In this document: piece by piece, positions 63,246-64,000 of the stretch
Layout: each line of letters begins with the position of its first letter
How positions within the stretch are numbered: the stretch's first letter is position 1
UHGV virus genome: UHGV-0370399
Strand: one strand, 5' to 3'
Origin: a virus
Length of the DNA: 64,000 bases
The notes under the pieces: generated by a model
Databases searched by the model: none
Seen by the model: only the letters and a program-made list of their open reading frames with translations
Told to the model about the DNA's origin: nothing
Position numbers and translations under genes: made by a program

Positions 63246-63311
63246 ATTACTAATCAACGGGAGGCGATAACCTCCCCACTAAATAAAACCCTTAAACTAG
63301 GAGATTCAAAA
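63220..63311 (+). promoter_or_regulatory. cassette module A7 (stem-loop with compensatory changes)
   Basis: TTGCAA-17-TAAATT; leader hairpin GGGAGG cgataa CCTCCC replaces GGGGAGGG aatga CCTTCCCC while keeping base-pairing. Confidence 0.6.
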
Positions 63312-63725
63312 ATGGCAACTATCCGCGCTACTGTTAACGAGTTCGGTTTTTCCTCTCTGGATGTTAAATTTGACATTGCAGGCACTGATAACGCCTTTGA
63401 AATGGTGAAAGGTCTTATCAGTCAGACCATCAAAGACTATAATCCTTCTGATGAGTTCTGGAAAGAAACAAAACAGGAAGTTCTCAAAGAGGGTTATTCT
63501 TATCACTATTGGGGTGAAAAAATTGTCTCTCTGTACTACGACAAAGAAGGCACTATAGCCTCAGATACCTTTATACAGCCCCTCATAGGGGCTTTTTTAC
63601 GTCTATCCAATCCTTATACAATCCCTTTCCCTCACCTTTCCAGAATCTTATCAGACCTTAAAAGCAATAACTCTATAGTCTACTCTATAACCTCTTATCA
63701 AATCAACTTAAATAAAAGCCAATAA
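63312..63725 (+). CDS. cassette gene 15, hypothetical protein (3' end uncertain)
   Basis: 137 aa ORF after module A7; a terminator-like hairpin lies inside it about 130 nt before the stop. Confidence 0.4.
   Translation: MATIRATVNEFGFSSLDVKFDIAGTDNAFEMVKGLISQTIKDYNPSDEFWKETKQEVLKEGYSYHYWGEKIVSLYYDKEGTIASDTFIQPLIGAFLRLSNPYTIPFPHLSRILSDLKSNNSIVYSITSYQINLNKSQ
63577..63598 (+). terminator. terminator-like hairpin embedded in the last cassette ORF
   Basis: AGCCCCT cat AGGGGCT followed by TTTTT. Confidence 0.5.
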
Positions 63726-63943
63726 CCCCAGAAAGGGGATGGCCCATTTAAACGCTCTATAAAGCTCTATAACAGCCTTATCAACCTAACTTAAGGGATT
63801 GCATTAACCTATCTTAAAAAGCTCTTTACAGGGCTTTATAGAGGCTTAAAAGAATCTTATAAGGGTGTAAGCTTATAGGCTGGTTAGTATCTTGTGAATG
63901 GTTAAACAACCCCCTTGCTAGTCACTAAAAAGCATGTTATAGG

Positions 63944-64000
63944 GGCTATAAAGTTACTTCAAAGTTACGTAAAAAAGGCTATAAAGTTACTTCAAAGTTA
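63944..64000. repeat. tandem 33 bp repeat truncated by the window edge
   Basis: ggctataaagttacttcaaagtta at 63944 and 63977 separated by cgtaaaaaa; CTATAAAG-like motifs also at 63764-63784 and 63834-63845. Confidence 0.7.

Noticed and set aside
57154-63311. Possibility that the regularly spaced cassette repeats are a CRISPR array
   Set aside because: The repeats are 85-95 bp promoter/RBS modules, each ending in GGAG-N8-ATG, and the intervening units are 200-550 bp protein-coding ORFs of varied length; no cas genes are present.

Overview
This 64 kb window is a contiguous, densely coding, AT-rich segment of a virulent tailed dsDNA phage genome with a contractile-tail (myovirus-like) gene set. 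No integrase, repressor, tRNA or CRISPR array was seen. Layout: (1) 1-19.9 kb, rightward structural module (protease/scaffold, major capsid, sheath, tube, frameshifted tail chaperone, tape measure, baseplate proteins, two tail fibres with His-x-His repeat tips). (2) 19.9-29.5 kb, leftward block (thymidylate synthase, DHFR, DNA ligase, HNH homing endonuclease, family A DNA polymerase and small accessory genes), interrupted by a 600 bp G-poor repeat-rich noncoding region. (3) 29.7-56.7 kb, rightward replication and nucleotide-metabolism block (dNMP kinase, primase-helicase, SSB-like, flap endonuclease, HNH and GIY-YIG endonucleases, NrdA/NrdB/NrdH, NrdD/NrdG, rIIA/rIIB-like pair, lytic transglycosylase, overlapped spanin-like pair, macro-domain protein). 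(4) 57.2-63.7 kb, an array of about 14 small single-gene cassettes, each delimited by one of two near-identical promoter/stem-loop/ribosome-binding-site modules. The most unusual content is this cassette array, two repeat-dense noncoding regions (23.4-24.0 kb and 56.7-57.15 kb), a macro-domain protein, an Acr/Aca-like gene pair, and a gene interrupted by an in-frame TAA. All functional calls rest on motifs read by eye and on gene order; no database search was run. Several ORF-track starts are TTG/GTG and were moved to the nearest in-frame ATG with a Shine-Dalgarno sequence.
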